Shown in pieces: positions 10,071-19,748 of a DNA stretch of 64,000 nt. Each line of letters begins with the position of its first letter. The stretch's first letter is position 1. Source of the DNA: a virus; the IMG/VR virus record IMGVR_UViG_3300032523_001366, positions 4,016 through 68,015 of that record; one strand, 5' to 3'. A program made the position numbers and the translations under genes. The notes below the pieces were generated by a model. That model saw nothing but the letters and a program-made list of their open reading frames with translations. It ran no database searches and was not told where the DNA came from.

Positions 10071-11873
10071 CTATACATTCCATCCTTCTAGCCCGGCTTC
10101 TTGAGCTTGCTCCTTGGTGACAGAGTACTTCTCAGTACGGAAATCAGGCCAAGCCCCGGTCATATGCCATAAACATAAAGCACCAATATTTACAGACTGG
10201 GCAAAGTCGTCAGACATAGCAGGATTTCTTTGAATGGTGTATATGTCAGATCCGGAGGCTGTGGTTGTCTTATTCTCCACCAGGGCTAGGAAGTCCTGTA
10301 TTAATCCAGGATCTTCGGAGCTTACATAGTCGTATGCAAAAAACTTAAGCTTCTTTGTTCGTATTGCCATACATGTGGTTAAAAGACTTCTAGTTTTATC
10401 TGCCCTATAGTGGGCTCTAGGATTTGTAGGACAGGCCTGAATAAATGTAAACATCATCTTACTAGCTGCCCTAACATACTGAACAGGTAATAGGCACTTT
10501 AGTGATACTCCTGATTGCACTAGTACGGTCTCTCTCACAGACCCGGCTCCAGAGTAGTCATGAGTTATAAACTCACACTTGTACATTCTGTATATCTTAA
10601 GACACTCAGAGGCCTCAGCCATATGATCGTGCGGGGTTAGTAGCCTCTTAGCCCATATAACTTCTATAACGCCTGAGGCGGTTATTCCCATGACGGCTAA
10701 AACAGTAAGGCTAACGCCTTTCTCACCGCCACCACCCCAGTCCACCGCTAGAACTCTATGAGAGTATCTTCTTAGTATATCGTCAGTACAGTTTGTAGCC
10801 GGATTACGAGAGCAGTTCTTAAGGTCTGGATTAGAGGCGGCCTGTAGCTCTAGTAGGGAAACGAGCTGTAGCCCACTTCCAGAGCTCTCACCTAGAACTT
10901 CATTTAAGAATCTTTCATGCGTATAGTTTCCCATTCCTTCCTTCTTTGCATTCAGCTCCGCCCACTTATCTCTTCGGGCGTAGTGTATATGCATAATTGG
11001 TTGAGGTATATGATAACCGGCGTAATTAAACCTTCTTTCTGGGCACTTGTGAACCCATCTTCCTGTAGATGGATGTATTACTCTATCACACTTAGCACAA
11101 ACTGTTCCTGGATTGTCCTCTGTTATATCGTCTCTTGTAGGTCCTATCATCTTAATTAGATCATGAGATATAGACGATACATTAGTGTAGTTACAGGCTG
11201 GGCAGGTAATGCACCACTCAGCTTGAGAAGAGGATAACCATTCTCGTTCAATTGTATTATCTAAAGTTTTTGGGGTTCCAGCTATTTTCATGGTGCCCCA
11301 CTCGCTGGCGGACATTGTCTCACGAATAATAGGAATGTGATCACCATCCATGTCCTGGACTTCGTCTATGACAACTTGATCCGCCCGTATACCACGTACC
11401 CTGTCTGCATCCAATAGGGCGAATGAGAACTGCATCATGCTGTTGTTGCGAAAGCTTCGCTGCAAGACGCTGTTCTCGGTCTCTGGACCGATCAATAAGG
11501 ATTTGATCGGGGACTGCTCTATGAAAGGCCTTATGTAGTTACTAGATAAGCGCCTAACTTGTTCAAAGAGAGGAGTTACATATAAGTTGCGAAAGTAAGG
11601 TATAGTGGCGCATGTTATAACGCCATGTGCGGATATAACTGTGCTTTTACCAACTTGACGCCCAGTCTTAAGGACTGTCCTTCTGGGCATGTGTATACTA
11701 AAAAGAGGTTCAAACTGATAATGCTTAGAGAGGCCGTAGGGTTTACCGTCTAGACTTAGGATCGTTGGCAGGAGAGGAGAAAGGTTTGGCAACTTACCAT
11801 TCTTCAGTTTTAAAATAGTGTCAGACACTAGGCCTTGGTCTTTGGTATCAGGTTGAATAGTATTGGAGTTCAT
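10071..11873 (-). CDS. terL: terminase large subunit (GpA-like)
   Basis: Walker A GRQVGKST, Walker B VVIDEVQD, GTP coupling motif, CPAC/CAKC pair, nuclease LAVDWGGG and DDFAQS. Confidence 0.85.
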   Translation of the reverse strand: MNSNTIQPDTKDQGLVSDTILKLKNGKLPNLSPLLPTILSLDGKPYGLSKHYQFEPLFSIHMPRRTVLKTGRQVGKSTVISAHGVITCATIPYFRNLYVTPLFEQVRRLSSNYIRPFIEQSPIKSLLIGPETENSVLQRSFRNNSMMQFSFALLDADRVRGIRADQVVIDEVQDMDGDHIPIIRETMSASEWGTMKIAGTPKTLDNTIEREWLSSSQAEWCITCPACNYTNVSSISHDLIKMIGPTRDDITEDNPGTVCAKCDRVIHPSTGRWVHKCPERRFNYAGYHIPQPIMHIHYARRDKWAELNAKKEGMGNYTHERFLNEVLGESSGSGLQLVSLLELQAASNPDLKNCSRNPATNCTDDILRRYSHRVLAVDWGGGGEKGVSLTVLAVMGITASGVIEVIWAKRLLTPHDHMAEASECLKIYRMYKCEFITHDYSGAGSVRETVLVQSGVSLKCLLPVQYVRAASKMMFTFIQACPTNPRAHYRADKTRSLLTTCMAIRTKKLKFFAYDYVSSEDPGLIQDFLALVENKTTTASGSDIYTIQRNPAMSDDFAQSVNIGALCLWHMTGAWPDFRTEKYSVTKEQAQEAGLEGWNV

Positions 11874-11876
11874 ATA

Positions 11877-12017
11877 ATGTATAAGATTACTGAGCGTGTC
11901 GAAGCTGAGTACGGTCCTGCTGATCAAAGTAAATTAGCTAACGTTCTTGAGCCTTTCGGTATAATTTCCACTATCACCGTTGGGTTCTTGATAATATACT
12001 CCGCCTTCTTCTGTTAA
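11877..12017 (+). CDS. small membrane protein
   Basis: 46-aa ORF with hydrophobic C-terminus; no clear SD. Confidence 0.3.
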   Translation: MYKITERVEAEYGPADQSKLANVLEPFGIISTITVGFLIIYSAFFC

Positions 12018-12070
12018 GATGAGGCTAGTATATAAAGTTATGTTATAGACTAATCAGGAGGTTACATACA

Positions 12071-12280
12071 ATGCCAAGCCGCTCATCTAGAAGGTTTTTA
12101 GAGAGATCAGGGTTAATAGTTACACAAAGGCTCCCTCAATCAAGGGTTGCGATAGGTAATCTAAATTCCCTAAAGTATCCTCTAAACCCTCCATACCCTG
12201 CAGAGCATAGTCGACCTAATGAAGGCAACCCTCCACCTGACAGGGGCATATCTAGAGAGTGGCCGTATGGAGCTACTTAG
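12071..12280 (+). CDS. hypothetical protein
   Basis: AGGAGGT SD upstream of ATG. Confidence 0.5.
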   Translation: MPSRSSRRFLERSGLIVTQRLPQSRVAIGNLNSLKYPLNPPYPAEHSRPNEGNPPPDRGISREWPYGAT

Positions 12281-12282
12281 AC

Positions 12283-12576
12283 ATGAGCAGACACGAAAGA
12301 TACTCAGCAGAAGACGATAAAAGAACAATAGCCTTTTGGATATTGTCGGGAGGTGCAATAGCTTCCGTTGTTACACTATGCCCGTTTTTCTTTATCTTCA
12401 CTCTGGCGGTCACCTATATGATAACTAGAGGCCTTGAGAATATAGATGCAGGCCGGCCTGTTTACATGCCAGGCAAGCACTCTAGACATCTTAGAGAATC
12501 TATTGATCGAGCTAGTTCCCCAAAGGCTTATAGCGGAGGCTATGCCCGAAGGACAAGAAGGGACCGTAATTATTAA
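12283..12576 (+). CDS. hypothetical membrane protein
   Basis: Hydrophobic stretch IAFWILSGGAIASVVTLCPFFFIFTLAV; followed by terminator. Confidence 0.55.
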   Translation: MSRHERYSAEDDKRTIAFWILSGGAIASVVTLCPFFFIFTLAVTYMITRGLENIDAGRPVYMPGKHSRHLRESIDRASSPKAYSGGYARRTRRDRNY

Positions 12577-12591
12577 TAGACCGTATTAACC

Positions 12592-12627
12592 GGGCTCCGC
12601 TGCTCGTTGCAGCGGAGCTCTTTTGTT
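12592..12627 (+). terminator. intrinsic terminator
   Basis: GGGCTCCGCTGC-TCGTT-GCAGCGGAGCTC then TTTTGTT. Confidence 0.75.
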
Positions 12628-12661
12628 GCCTCACTAGGAATTTAGTATAAGGAGGTTTAAA

Positions 12662-12832
12662 ATGCCAAATCTATCTGGTTTTTCTAGGGCTTGGAGACAT
12701 CTCTCTAAGAACTCAGCCCGGTACTACAGAGCTGAGCTTAAGAAGCGGCGCTCTCGCCTTAACCGGAGAGAGGGTAAGCTCCATTTTGAGGATGCGACAA
12801 TTCACAGATTGAGCGAAAGAAAAGTTACATAA
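12662..12832 (+). CDS. small basic protein (56 aa, not in ORF track)
   Basis: AAGGAGGT SD; MPNLSGFSRAWRHLSKNSARYYRAELKKRRSR... Confidence 0.55.
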   Translation: MPNLSGFSRAWRHLSKNSARYYRAELKKRRSRLNRREGKLHFEDATIHRLSERKVT

Positions 12833-12846
12833 CAAAAGGAGAAGTC

Positions 12847-13173
12847 ATGATTGATGTTTTGATAGCTACCTTTTTGGTGGCAGCGGCCTCTAAGGCCACA
12901 TTAGATGCCTGGTTCGAAGGGACTATCTTCGGCACGGCAAGGGCCTACGCAGAAGCGTGGAAGGTATCAGACCGCTGGGTGGTTAGCACTTTTGGGGAGC
13001 TATTGTCCTGCAGGTTCTGCCTGGGGTATCATGCCTCCTTTATTCTGTCGTGTATATTTTACTTCTTATTACCAGACTGGACTATACTCCTGGTTGTTGC
13101 TCTAGCGGCCCGGGGTATTGAGTACGAGGTAAATAGGTACGTAGAAAGGATTTATGATGATACCCCGAAGTGA
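12847..13173 (+). CDS. DUF1360-like membrane protein
   Basis: FGELLSCRFCLGYH matches the GELLxCxxCxxxW pattern; transmembrane segments. Confidence 0.6.
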   Translation: MIDVLIATFLVAAASKATLDAWFEGTIFGTARAYAEAWKVSDRWVVSTFGELLSCRFCLGYHASFILSCIFYFLLPDWTILLVVALAARGIEYEVNRYVERIYDDTPK

Positions 13174-13564
13174 TGATATTAAACCCCGGCACGTCGAGGT
13201 AGCAGACGCTATTCGAGACACTATAAACAACCTACTAGCGGGAGTGCCCGAGCTAAAGTCCGTAGGAGTAGTCATCGACTGGAACATCGGTAAGAATGAC
13301 TTCCCCTTCGGTATGATGATAGGTAGGGAAGGTATGGTTAGGTCTCCTGACGAGTTGTTCTCGTTAATGGAGCAAACAGCCAAGCTTTGCAACTTTCAGG
13401 CAAAGGCCATGGCTGAGATACTGGTAAGAACGGATGCCCAGGCTGTAGAGGTCTTGAATAAGATCAAGAGTATAACAGAGCAGCTTAGGGAAGCGGAGTC
13501 AAGGAGAGACAAACTAGCACAAGAAAGTGCACAAGAAAGGGACAACGATGAAAAAACTAAGTAG
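13154..13564 (+). CDS. hypothetical protein, coiled-coil C-terminus
   Basis: 136-aa ORF, AAGGA SD. Confidence 0.6.
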   Translation: MMIPRSDDIKPRHVEVADAIRDTINNLLAGVPELKSVGVVIDWNIGKNDFPFGMMIGREGMVRSPDELFSLMEQTAKLCNFQAKAMAEILVRTDAQAVEVLNKIKSITEQLREAESRRDKLAQESAQERDNDEKTK

Positions 13565-13769
13565 ACAGGCAAAAGCTAGAAAAGTTATAATCATAACTAC
13601 CAGGAGAATGATATCCAACCTCTTGGATTTAAAACCTAAGACCCTTAAGGGGCATCGCCTCTTTGAGGACGCGGAGGCCTGCGCATTGATACGGGACATT
13701 TACCAGATTAACAACCAGCAACCTGACCGTCTGAGCAGGGCTTATGACCTGGCGGACGTAATCAGGTAA
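13548..13769 (+). CDS. hypothetical protein
   Basis: ORF overlapping previous stop, AAGGGA SD. Confidence 0.5.
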   Translation: MKKLSRQAKARKVIIITTRRMISNLLDLKPKTLKGHRLFEDAEACALIRDIYQINNQQPDRLSRAYDLADVIR

Positions 13770-13780
13770 GGAAGGTAGGT

Positions 13781-13933
13781 TTGAAAAAAGCAAAGGTTAC
13801 TAAGATCGAGCTTTTGCAGTGGAATAAGTATCTGGTTAAACTATCGTGTGGTCATTGGTTTATAAATGACACCTCGGTAACAAAGATCAAGGACATGTCT
13901 CAGTTCATTAACTGCATGAAGTGTAAGGAGTAA
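13781..13933 (+). CDS. small Zn-ribbon protein (50 aa, TTG start, not in track)
   Basis: LSCGHW...CMKC; AGGAAGG upstream. Confidence 0.5.
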   Translation: MKKAKVTKIELLQWNKYLVKLSCGHWFINDTSVTKIKDMSQFINCMKCKE

Positions 13934-13959
13934 CACACCTCAGGCACTCACTTTAACAC

Positions 13960-13997
13960 GGGCCACTGCTCTATCTGAGTAGTGGCCTTTTGTTTTT
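13960..13997 (+). terminator. intrinsic terminator
   Basis: GGCCACTGCTC-TATCT-GAGTAGTGGCC then TTTTGTTTTT. Confidence 0.75.
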
Positions 13998-14023
13998 ATA
14001 TACAACACTATTAAGGAGATAAC

Positions 14024-14308
14024 ATGAGTAACCCTATAAAGGTACCTAATGAAATGCGTGATAAGGCTCTAGACATACTTATTAATAGTAGCTTTGACGA
14101 GTTGTTGAAGCTGTTCTTAAGAGGTGAGTCTCGTCACATACCCATAGGCGATCAAAAAGTATTTGAGTTAGCGCCTGTAGAGATAAAGTGCACAGGCGAT
14201 AGAGTATTCACCTTCATGTTTGCAATAACCCACGAGTGTCCAGATGACAGGTCTCATTGGGTTAATGATGCTTTCCTGGAAGTAATAAAAAGAAAAGAGG
14301 AGGACTAG
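14024..14308 (+). CDS. hypothetical protein
   Basis: AAGGAG SD, 94 aa. Confidence 0.65.
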   Translation: MSNPIKVPNEMRDKALDILINSSFDELLKLFLRGESRHIPIGDQKVFELAPVEIKCTGDRVFTFMFAITHECPDDRSHWVNDAFLEVIKRKEED

Positions 14309-14309
14309 T

Positions 14310-14546
14310 ATGAGTAGAACATGGGCTCCAACGGACCACGATCTTGAGTGGTTCAAAGATATGTTCTCATCACTAAACGAAAACGGGACCTGGGTTGTCC
14401 CAGACACAGGCCAGACGTTCATAAAGAAAGGAGACGCCCTGGTTTGGTCTAATGAGTACCTGGGCGATAAGAACCTGGTATATGAGAGATCCAAGTCTAT
14501 AGGCAGCGGTCTTGGAATAGACGTTATCAAGGAGAGCGAGCTGTGA
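14310..14546 (+). CDS. hypothetical protein
   Basis: GAGGAGG SD, 78 aa. Confidence 0.65.
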   Translation: MSRTWAPTDHDLEWFKDMFSSLNENGTWVVPDTGQTFIKKGDALVWSNEYLGDKNLVYERSKSIGSGLGIDVIKESEL

Positions 14547-15001
14547 ATATATTCGCTCTGTCATATGACGTAACAGAGGCTGCTCAGCTTCATATGGATA
14601 GGCACGTAGTAAAGATGCCGCTGGAAAGTGCGCAGATGCTATGCACGGCTGTTCACATTCATGGCGGCTCTGCCGTATATAAGAAGGCATTTGTTAAACA
14701 CCCGTGCACTATATGGGCAGCCAAGACAAGGTCTAACTTTGACTGGTTAACTAAATTTGGAATAGCTCTGTGTGTCGAGTATCAGTACAGATACAACAGA
14801 GTACATGCATGTAGGCTTGTAATAGAGGACTGCGTGTCTAAACGAGAATGCATACCAGAAGGTGAGTTAACCACATTTGCTCAGGCTATGCCTGAGGAAT
14901 ATAAGAACATGTGCACTGTAGAGGCGTACAGAGAGTACTACAGAAAAGGTAAGTCACATCTCGCCGTATGGAAAGGCAGAGAAAAACCACAATGGTATTA
15001 A
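14543..15001 (+). CDS. pyrimidine-dimer DNA glycosylase-like protein (Pyr_excise family)
   Basis: MNIF...DRHVVKMPLESAQMLCTA...HPCTIWA...FAQAMPEEYK...AYREYY family signature. Confidence 0.75.
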   Translation: MNIFALSYDVTEAAQLHMDRHVVKMPLESAQMLCTAVHIHGGSAVYKKAFVKHPCTIWAAKTRSNFDWLTKFGIALCVEYQYRYNRVHACRLVIEDCVSKRECIPEGELTTFAQAMPEEYKNMCTVEAYREYYRKGKSHLAVWKGREKPQWY

Positions 15002-15012
15002 AGGAGGATGGT

Positions 15013-15273
15013 ATGAACGACCCATATAAGGATGAGGTTATTGCAAAGGCCGCGACAGAGTCTCTACGAGCCTTGGACATGATAATGCAGCTAGTAAAGC
15101 AGAATAAGCTAGATGTTTGCTCCTATGAAGATTTTATCAAGATGATAAACAGCCCTGAGTACGCTCAGGTCAGGGCTGTGTTGGATAAAACAAAGGCCGA
15201 ATTAGAAAGTAATGACGTCAGGCGAAGCGAACTTAGGGTAGAAGTAAACAAACAAAGGGAAGGCCTGGAATAA
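15013..15273 (+). CDS. hypothetical protein
   Basis: AAGGAGG SD. Confidence 0.6.
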   Translation: MNDPYKDEVIAKAATESLRALDMIMQLVKQNKLDVCSYEDFIKMINSPEYAQVRAVLDKTKAELESNDVRRSELRVEVNKQREGLE

Positions 15274-15391
15274 CAGAAGGGGTTACCGAGCCCTTCATGT
15301 TGGTTTGGGGGTCCTTGGTGAGATAAGGACAGCCCATAGATAGGTTCTACAGGCACCCCAAACATTTAACTCTTATTACGTAAGGTTTGAC

Positions 15392-15550
15392 ATGGCATCT
15401 AAGATTAAAGGTTCTAGCAAATGCCCTAAGTGTAACAAAGTAGTTAAAAAATACCACCACCTGTCGTCTTATGCTGACAGGTTGTGCGCAAAGTGTTTAG
15501 ATAAACACATTAATAAGGCTGAAAAAATAAGAAGCGGTACACATATCTAG
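15392..15550 (+). CDS. small CxxC-CxxC protein (52 aa, not in track)
   Basis: CPKC...CAKC; TAAGG upstream. Confidence 0.45.
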   Translation: MASKIKGSSKCPKCNKVVKKYHHLSSYADRLCAKCLDKHINKAEKIRSGTHI

Positions 15551-15604
15551 GCCTCATACATTTGTATGGAGGCGTCTCCACAATCTCAAAAGGAAATTAT
15601 TAAA

Positions 15605-15820
15605 ATGACTACACCACCACGCTATGAAATATCAGGTGATATTATAAACGAGATCAGGCTAAGCACTGGCACTGATACAGAGAGCAAAATTGAGGTGACG
15701 AAAAATACCAAGGGGTATAACTGGACAGTGTCTATGGGTTGTCCAAGAGGCGATGAAGACAACCTGGTGTCAAGGTTGTCGGAACTAAACAAGGTCCTAC
15801 TAGCTAAGTTTGGAGAATAA
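15605..15820 (+). CDS. hypothetical protein
   Basis: AAGGA SD; coupled to next gene. Confidence 0.55.
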   Translation: MTTPPRYEISGDIINEIRLSTGTDTESKIEVTKNTKGYNWTVSMGCPRGDEDNLVSRLSELNKVLLAKFGE

Positions 15821-15821
15821 A

Positions 15822-18038
15822 ATGAGCAGAGAAAATCAAGTAAAAGTCCTTACGTCCGCGACCGCCAAGAGCTATGCCGCAGGAAACACGTATCTGGAGT
15901 TCGACCGGCTGGAGTCACTACAGAAGCCTGACGTGCTTAAGGTTCTAACTAACAGTGAACCGACGTGCGTAAAAAAGAGAGGCATAGTCTTAGGACGGGC
16001 GTTCAAAATAAATGCGTCTACATCGGTAAATATTCCTGAACTTATGACGGAGGGGCTTGAGCTACTGGGGCCTATAGCCCTTAGTAGAGAGGAGACGATA
16101 AAGTTTCTAATTAGGCTAGGAACCTCTGAGATTAGTCGTGTAAACTTCAAGAGAGACGCAGCCTATGACATTATGAAGCTATTTAATGAGGGTCAGATAA
16201 CCGATGAGTACATAGAGGAGGCCGCCAGATCTATGGGGTACTCGGATGTGCGCCTGGAAAATATACACATAGAAGTAAGCTATTACGACAGCTTAAAAAC
16301 CGAGTACATAAATACTGGGAACAAGCACGGCGTTAGAATTAACAGAATACTTATACACACTATGAGATCTATGGAGCTTCTTAGCTTCACGTCTGTCTCA
16401 AGTTCGAGTGAAATAGAGGAATGCGAGGTGAGAGGCGGAGTGCTTTGCATACACAGCAAGGTTTTGAACCTTATAGTGGGGGATGCAGGTATTTCAGTGG
16501 ATGACGAGAGAATTAGCTCAGTCCTGATAAGAAGGAACATAGATGGGCTTATGAACATGTTAAAGGACACTATGGGCCTACGCACCGACACTCCAGCTCA
16601 CTTTTGCAATTCGAAAGACGAGAGGCGCGGTTTCCGCAAAGATAATGTAACGTACGCAGACGAGCTAGAGGCGATATTTAGTCTAGAGAAGAGTTCTTCT
16701 ATAAAGCTAAATATAGAACTTAGAGACAGTGGCATCTACTTTGATATATTTAAGCCCAACATAGAGGGGTGGTCAGCCTCTAACATGTCGGAGGCGTATG
16801 GTGCCTACGCTGATCACTGCGATTGGGATGATAGCGAGGAGAAGACTAAAATCGTAGCCTCGTGTATAGATAGGTTCCGGTTGGCTATAAGAATACTGGC
16901 AGATGAGTGTATTAAGCTTAAAGAATACATTAGCGAATCTACTGGATTTTTAAGCTCAAACGACTCCGCAAGTATTACTTGCGGAAAGGAAGTAGAGAAT
17001 AGGAGAGCCGGATCTATTATAAGGATGTCTATTAGACAGGATGGGGATATATCGTCGAGTGACATCATGGACCTAATCGGTAAAGTAGACGGTAGAATAA
17101 AGGTATTACCAGGCAGCAGGGTAGTGCCTAGGCTGGATAAAAACGAGTTCACCCTAACAGATGATTCGGGTACCAGGGAGGTAAAAACACTAGCAACGAT
17201 AAACGCCGCTAATATCGCAGAGTTCAGAGGCAGAGAGATCCACTTAGAGGGGGTTGATCCTCTAAGCATACCGCCCGGAGCTATGTCTCGGCTAATAGAG
17301 AACGTAAGAGGCAGGTCAGATATAAGGTTAAAAACTAGAAGATTCAATTCAGATGAAAAAGCTCAAATAAAAATCTCTTTTTGCGATTTTTCCGCAATTC
17401 CAGATCATATCTTTGAGGAAATGTTCTCCTCTATGTGTGGTATAGAGTTTGTGGATAGTAGACCGGTCTACAACTCCGCACTAAGAAGAGTAAGGTATAA
17501 TGGAGCCGTCTCCACTATGTTTCTTCCAGCTACTGACGACATAACCTGTGTCTTGCGAGTGCCAGATACATGTGTAGTGTCTAGTAAGTGGTCTAACTAC
17601 CTTGCGTATATCTACTCTATAACCAGAGGAGACATTATGAACGCGTCCAGTATTAAGTACCTAGGTGCTAATACGGTGGACCCGCGTGTGATAAGTGATA
17701 ACACTCCTCCTTGCAGGTACTTTGACTTAAGGATTGGCTGGTTGCTGCTGGGATACGATAAGGAAGGAATACCTATTTACTCGTCCTGTGGAGACAGAGG
17801 AAGGATGTCCGACCTGATTAAGACCGGGGTAGAGAACAAGAACGCTAAGTTCTCTGGAGAGACCCGCATAGGTAGGCGCAAGAGTACAGTAGGACTAAGT
17901 TCGCTCAGCTTGGTAATAATCGGCCTAAAGGCAGAAGATAATCCAACCAGACTGGAGTACCTTAGGCTTGCAGGCACTACGAGTCTTAGCCTAAAAGAGC
18001 TATCCTCTATAGTGGCAGAGGGATTAAAGACACTGTAG
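15822..18038 (+). CDS. large hypothetical protein
   Basis: ~740-aa ORF, GGAG SD, no motif recognised. Confidence 0.75.
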   Translation: MSRENQVKVLTSATAKSYAAGNTYLEFDRLESLQKPDVLKVLTNSEPTCVKKRGIVLGRAFKINASTSVNIPELMTEGLELLGPIALSREETIKFLIRLGTSEISRVNFKRDAAYDIMKLFNEGQITDEYIEEAARSMGYSDVRLENIHIEVSYYDSLKTEYINTGNKHGVRINRILIHTMRSMELLSFTSVSSSSEIEECEVRGGVLCIHSKVLNLIVGDAGISVDDERISSVLIRRNIDGLMNMLKDTMGLRTDTPAHFCNSKDERRGFRKDNVTYADELEAIFSLEKSSSIKLNIELRDSGIYFDIFKPNIEGWSASNMSEAYGAYADHCDWDDSEEKTKIVASCIDRFRLAIRILADECIKLKEYISESTGFLSSNDSASITCGKEVENRRAGSIIRMSIRQDGDISSSDIMDLIGKVDGRIKVLPGSRVVPRLDKNEFTLTDDSGTREVKTLATINAANIAEFRGREIHLEGVDPLSIPPGAMSRLIENVRGRSDIRLKTRRFNSDEKAQIKISFCDFSAIPDHIFEEMFSSMCGIEFVDSRPVYNSALRRVRYNGAVSTMFLPATDDITCVLRVPDTCVVSSKWSNYLAYIYSITRGDIMNASSIKYLGANTVDPRVISDNTPPCRYFDLRIGWLLLGYDKEGIPIYSSCGDRGRMSDLIKTGVENKNAKFSGETRIGRRKSTVGLSSLSLVIIGLKAEDNPTRLEYLRLAGTTSLSLKELSSIVAEGLKTL

Positions 18039-18081
18039 AAAATAAAAAGCCCCGTATCCATTATAAGCGGTACGAGGCTTG
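18039..18081 (-). terminator. terminator between convergent genes
   Basis: A-tract then AAGCCCGTATC...GGTACGAGGCTT hairpin. Confidence 0.5.
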
Positions 18082-18107
18082 GTTAGTGTATAAAGTTTAT
18101 AAGAAGC

Positions 18108-18380
18108 TTAGCGACAACGCTTTGCAAAGACTGAAACCCTACTCTTTAGCTTCCTGTGAAGGGTAGCTACTGGCTTCTTTCCACATGCTTCAGCAGTAAC
18201 CTTGGAGGATTTAATCTCCTGAGGTTTTGCTGGGGCTTTAGTGGCGGGAGCGGCTTCTGCTGCCTTAGCACTAGACGAGGAGCAGGACCCTCCGGAGCAC
18301 GAGCCTGACCGGTTGAATATGATTCCGTCCACGGACTCAGAGCCAACGGCCATACTCAAAGCAATAACTGTCTGAAACAT
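18108..18380 (-). CDS. small putatively exported Cys/Ser/Ala-rich protein
   Basis: GGAGGT SD on - strand; hydrophobic N-terminus; SCSGGSC motif. Confidence 0.65.
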   Translation of the reverse strand: MFQTVIALSMAVGSESVDGIIFNRSGSCSGGSCSSSSAKAAEAAPATKAPAKPQEIKSSKVTAEACGKKPVATLHRKLKSRVSVFAKRCR

Positions 18381-18475
18381 AGTAACCTCCTGTAAAATCT
18401 GTCTACCAGCCCTGTTGCTGGAGATGAAAGTTTACAACTGTTAAGTACTTTGTCAATGATACGACTCAATAATAT

Positions 18476-18527
18476 TTTATTTAAAGCTTTAAAGCCTTTT
18501 GTATAAAGGGTTTAAAATTTAAATAAA
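18476..18527. repeat. AT-rich imperfect inverted repeat in divergent intergenic region
   Basis: TTTATTTAAA-GC-TTTAAAGCCTTT / AAAGGGTTTAAA-A-TTTAAATAAA. Confidence 0.7.
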
Positions 18528-18564
18528 CACAGTTCAAACAACAAAAAATCAGAAAGGCAAGACA

Positions 18565-18822
18565 ATGAGCGATCCAACAAAAGAAGCAGATGAGATCACA
18601 AGACTCCGTTTACTAGACGAGTACGTCGAGCTAAAAATGAACATGATGGTAGAAGACGATGGCGGCGGCACACACGGCTCTGAAATGGCGTGGTACGCCA
18701 AACAGGCGCTTACCACGGAAAGCGAGAATCTTACCATAGAAGACCTTGAGGAACTAATCCGAGAGATAGGAGAGTTTAACGGGGATGAGGAAGATGAAGG
18801 AGATGAAAATGAAGACGAGTAA
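18565..18822 (+). CDS. small acidic protein
   Basis: 85 aa, D/E-rich tail, AAAGG SD. Confidence 0.6.
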   Translation: MSDPTKEADEITRLRLLDEYVELKMNMMVEDDGGGTHGSEMAWYAKQALTTESENLTIEDLEELIREIGEFNGDEEDEGDENEDE

Positions 18823-18838
18823 CTCAAAGGAGGGTAGT

Positions 18839-19282
18839 ATGAAAACCGTAGAGGACTACAACAAAGGCATAATAAAAGTCTATAGGGCTATAAAAAGAAG
18901 AGGAGAAGCTGGTCTAAAGACCACTGACCTGGATATAAGCGAATCTACTAAGCTCTCCCTAGGTACGGTCTATGTGTACCGCTTAACCTTGGTCAACGAC
19001 GGATTTGTCTCTAGAGATGGGTCACGGCGTAAGAGAGGTAGAAAGAGGCTGGCCTGGGGATGCCTTAAATCCTTACAAAGCAATAAGGGTGAGGCAAAGG
19101 CTGGCAAAGTGTATCTTCCGATGAAATCGGAGGCATACAGGGCCCGTAATAAGGGCACAGCAACTAAGGCTAGAGTGCCTCAATCCTTTAGCTCAACTAT
19201 GGCCGGAAAGCAAGTTGTGCGCTCAATAGAGAAACTCTGTGTGCTTATCCTCAAAGCCCTTAATAAGGACTTAACGTCATGA
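18839..19282 (+). CDS. basic protein with winged-HTH-like segment
   Basis: TDLDISESTKLSLGTVYVYRLTLVNDGFV; AAGGAGG SD. Confidence 0.55.
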   Translation: MKTVEDYNKGIIKVYRAIKRRGEAGLKTTDLDISESTKLSLGTVYVYRLTLVNDGFVSRDGSRRKRGRKRLAWGCLKSLQSNKGEAKAGKVYLPMKSEAYRARNKGTATKARVPQSFSSTMAGKQVVRSIEKLCVLILKALNKDLTS

Positions 19283-19623
19283 AAAAGTCTAAAGCTAAGG
19301 TTACTTACGAGGACTTAGTAAGGCTGTATGTCTTTACTAAGTCGGTTAAGAGGGTTGCGGGCATCGTTAAGATGACCGTGGCTAAGGTAAAAAGGGCCTT
19401 GATTGAATTAAGGTCTATAGGCGTGGTAATCGCCATGGACATATCATCAAAGCTAGGAGGTTATTCTAAACCTCAGATAGACCCAGGACACATAGACATT
19501 TACCACCTTAATGTGATCATTAAGGTGGCTAGAGCGATCCTAAGAACCAGATACCAAGCCGGACTGGTTAAACGTAACATAGCCAGACTAAAACAGAGGC
19601 AACCCGTACTTGTCTCTGTATGA
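19279..19623 (+). CDS. basic protein, possible HTH
   Basis: SVKRVAGIVKMTVAKVKRALIELRSIGV; ATGA overlap. Confidence 0.5.
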   Translation: MKKSKAKVTYEDLVRLYVFTKSVKRVAGIVKMTVAKVKRALIELRSIGVVIAMDISSKLGGYSKPQIDPGHIDIYHLNVIIKVARAILRTRYQAGLVKRNIARLKQRQPVLVSV

Positions 19624-19682
19624 TCACTTTGATCGGTAAGTGCAGCTATGGCAGTATTCTACTGAACATATGGATACCAAAT

Positions 19683-19724
19683 AGTTGCACTTAACTCATA
19701 ATACTCTAAAGAGTATTATAATTG
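19683..19724. repeat. 42-bp inverted-repeat arm (left) with internal palindrome
   Basis: Exact reverse complement of 20154-20195; core ATAATACTCT-AA-AGAGTATTAT. Confidence 0.95.
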
Positions 19725-19748
19725 TATTAAAAACAAAAGGATGACAAA

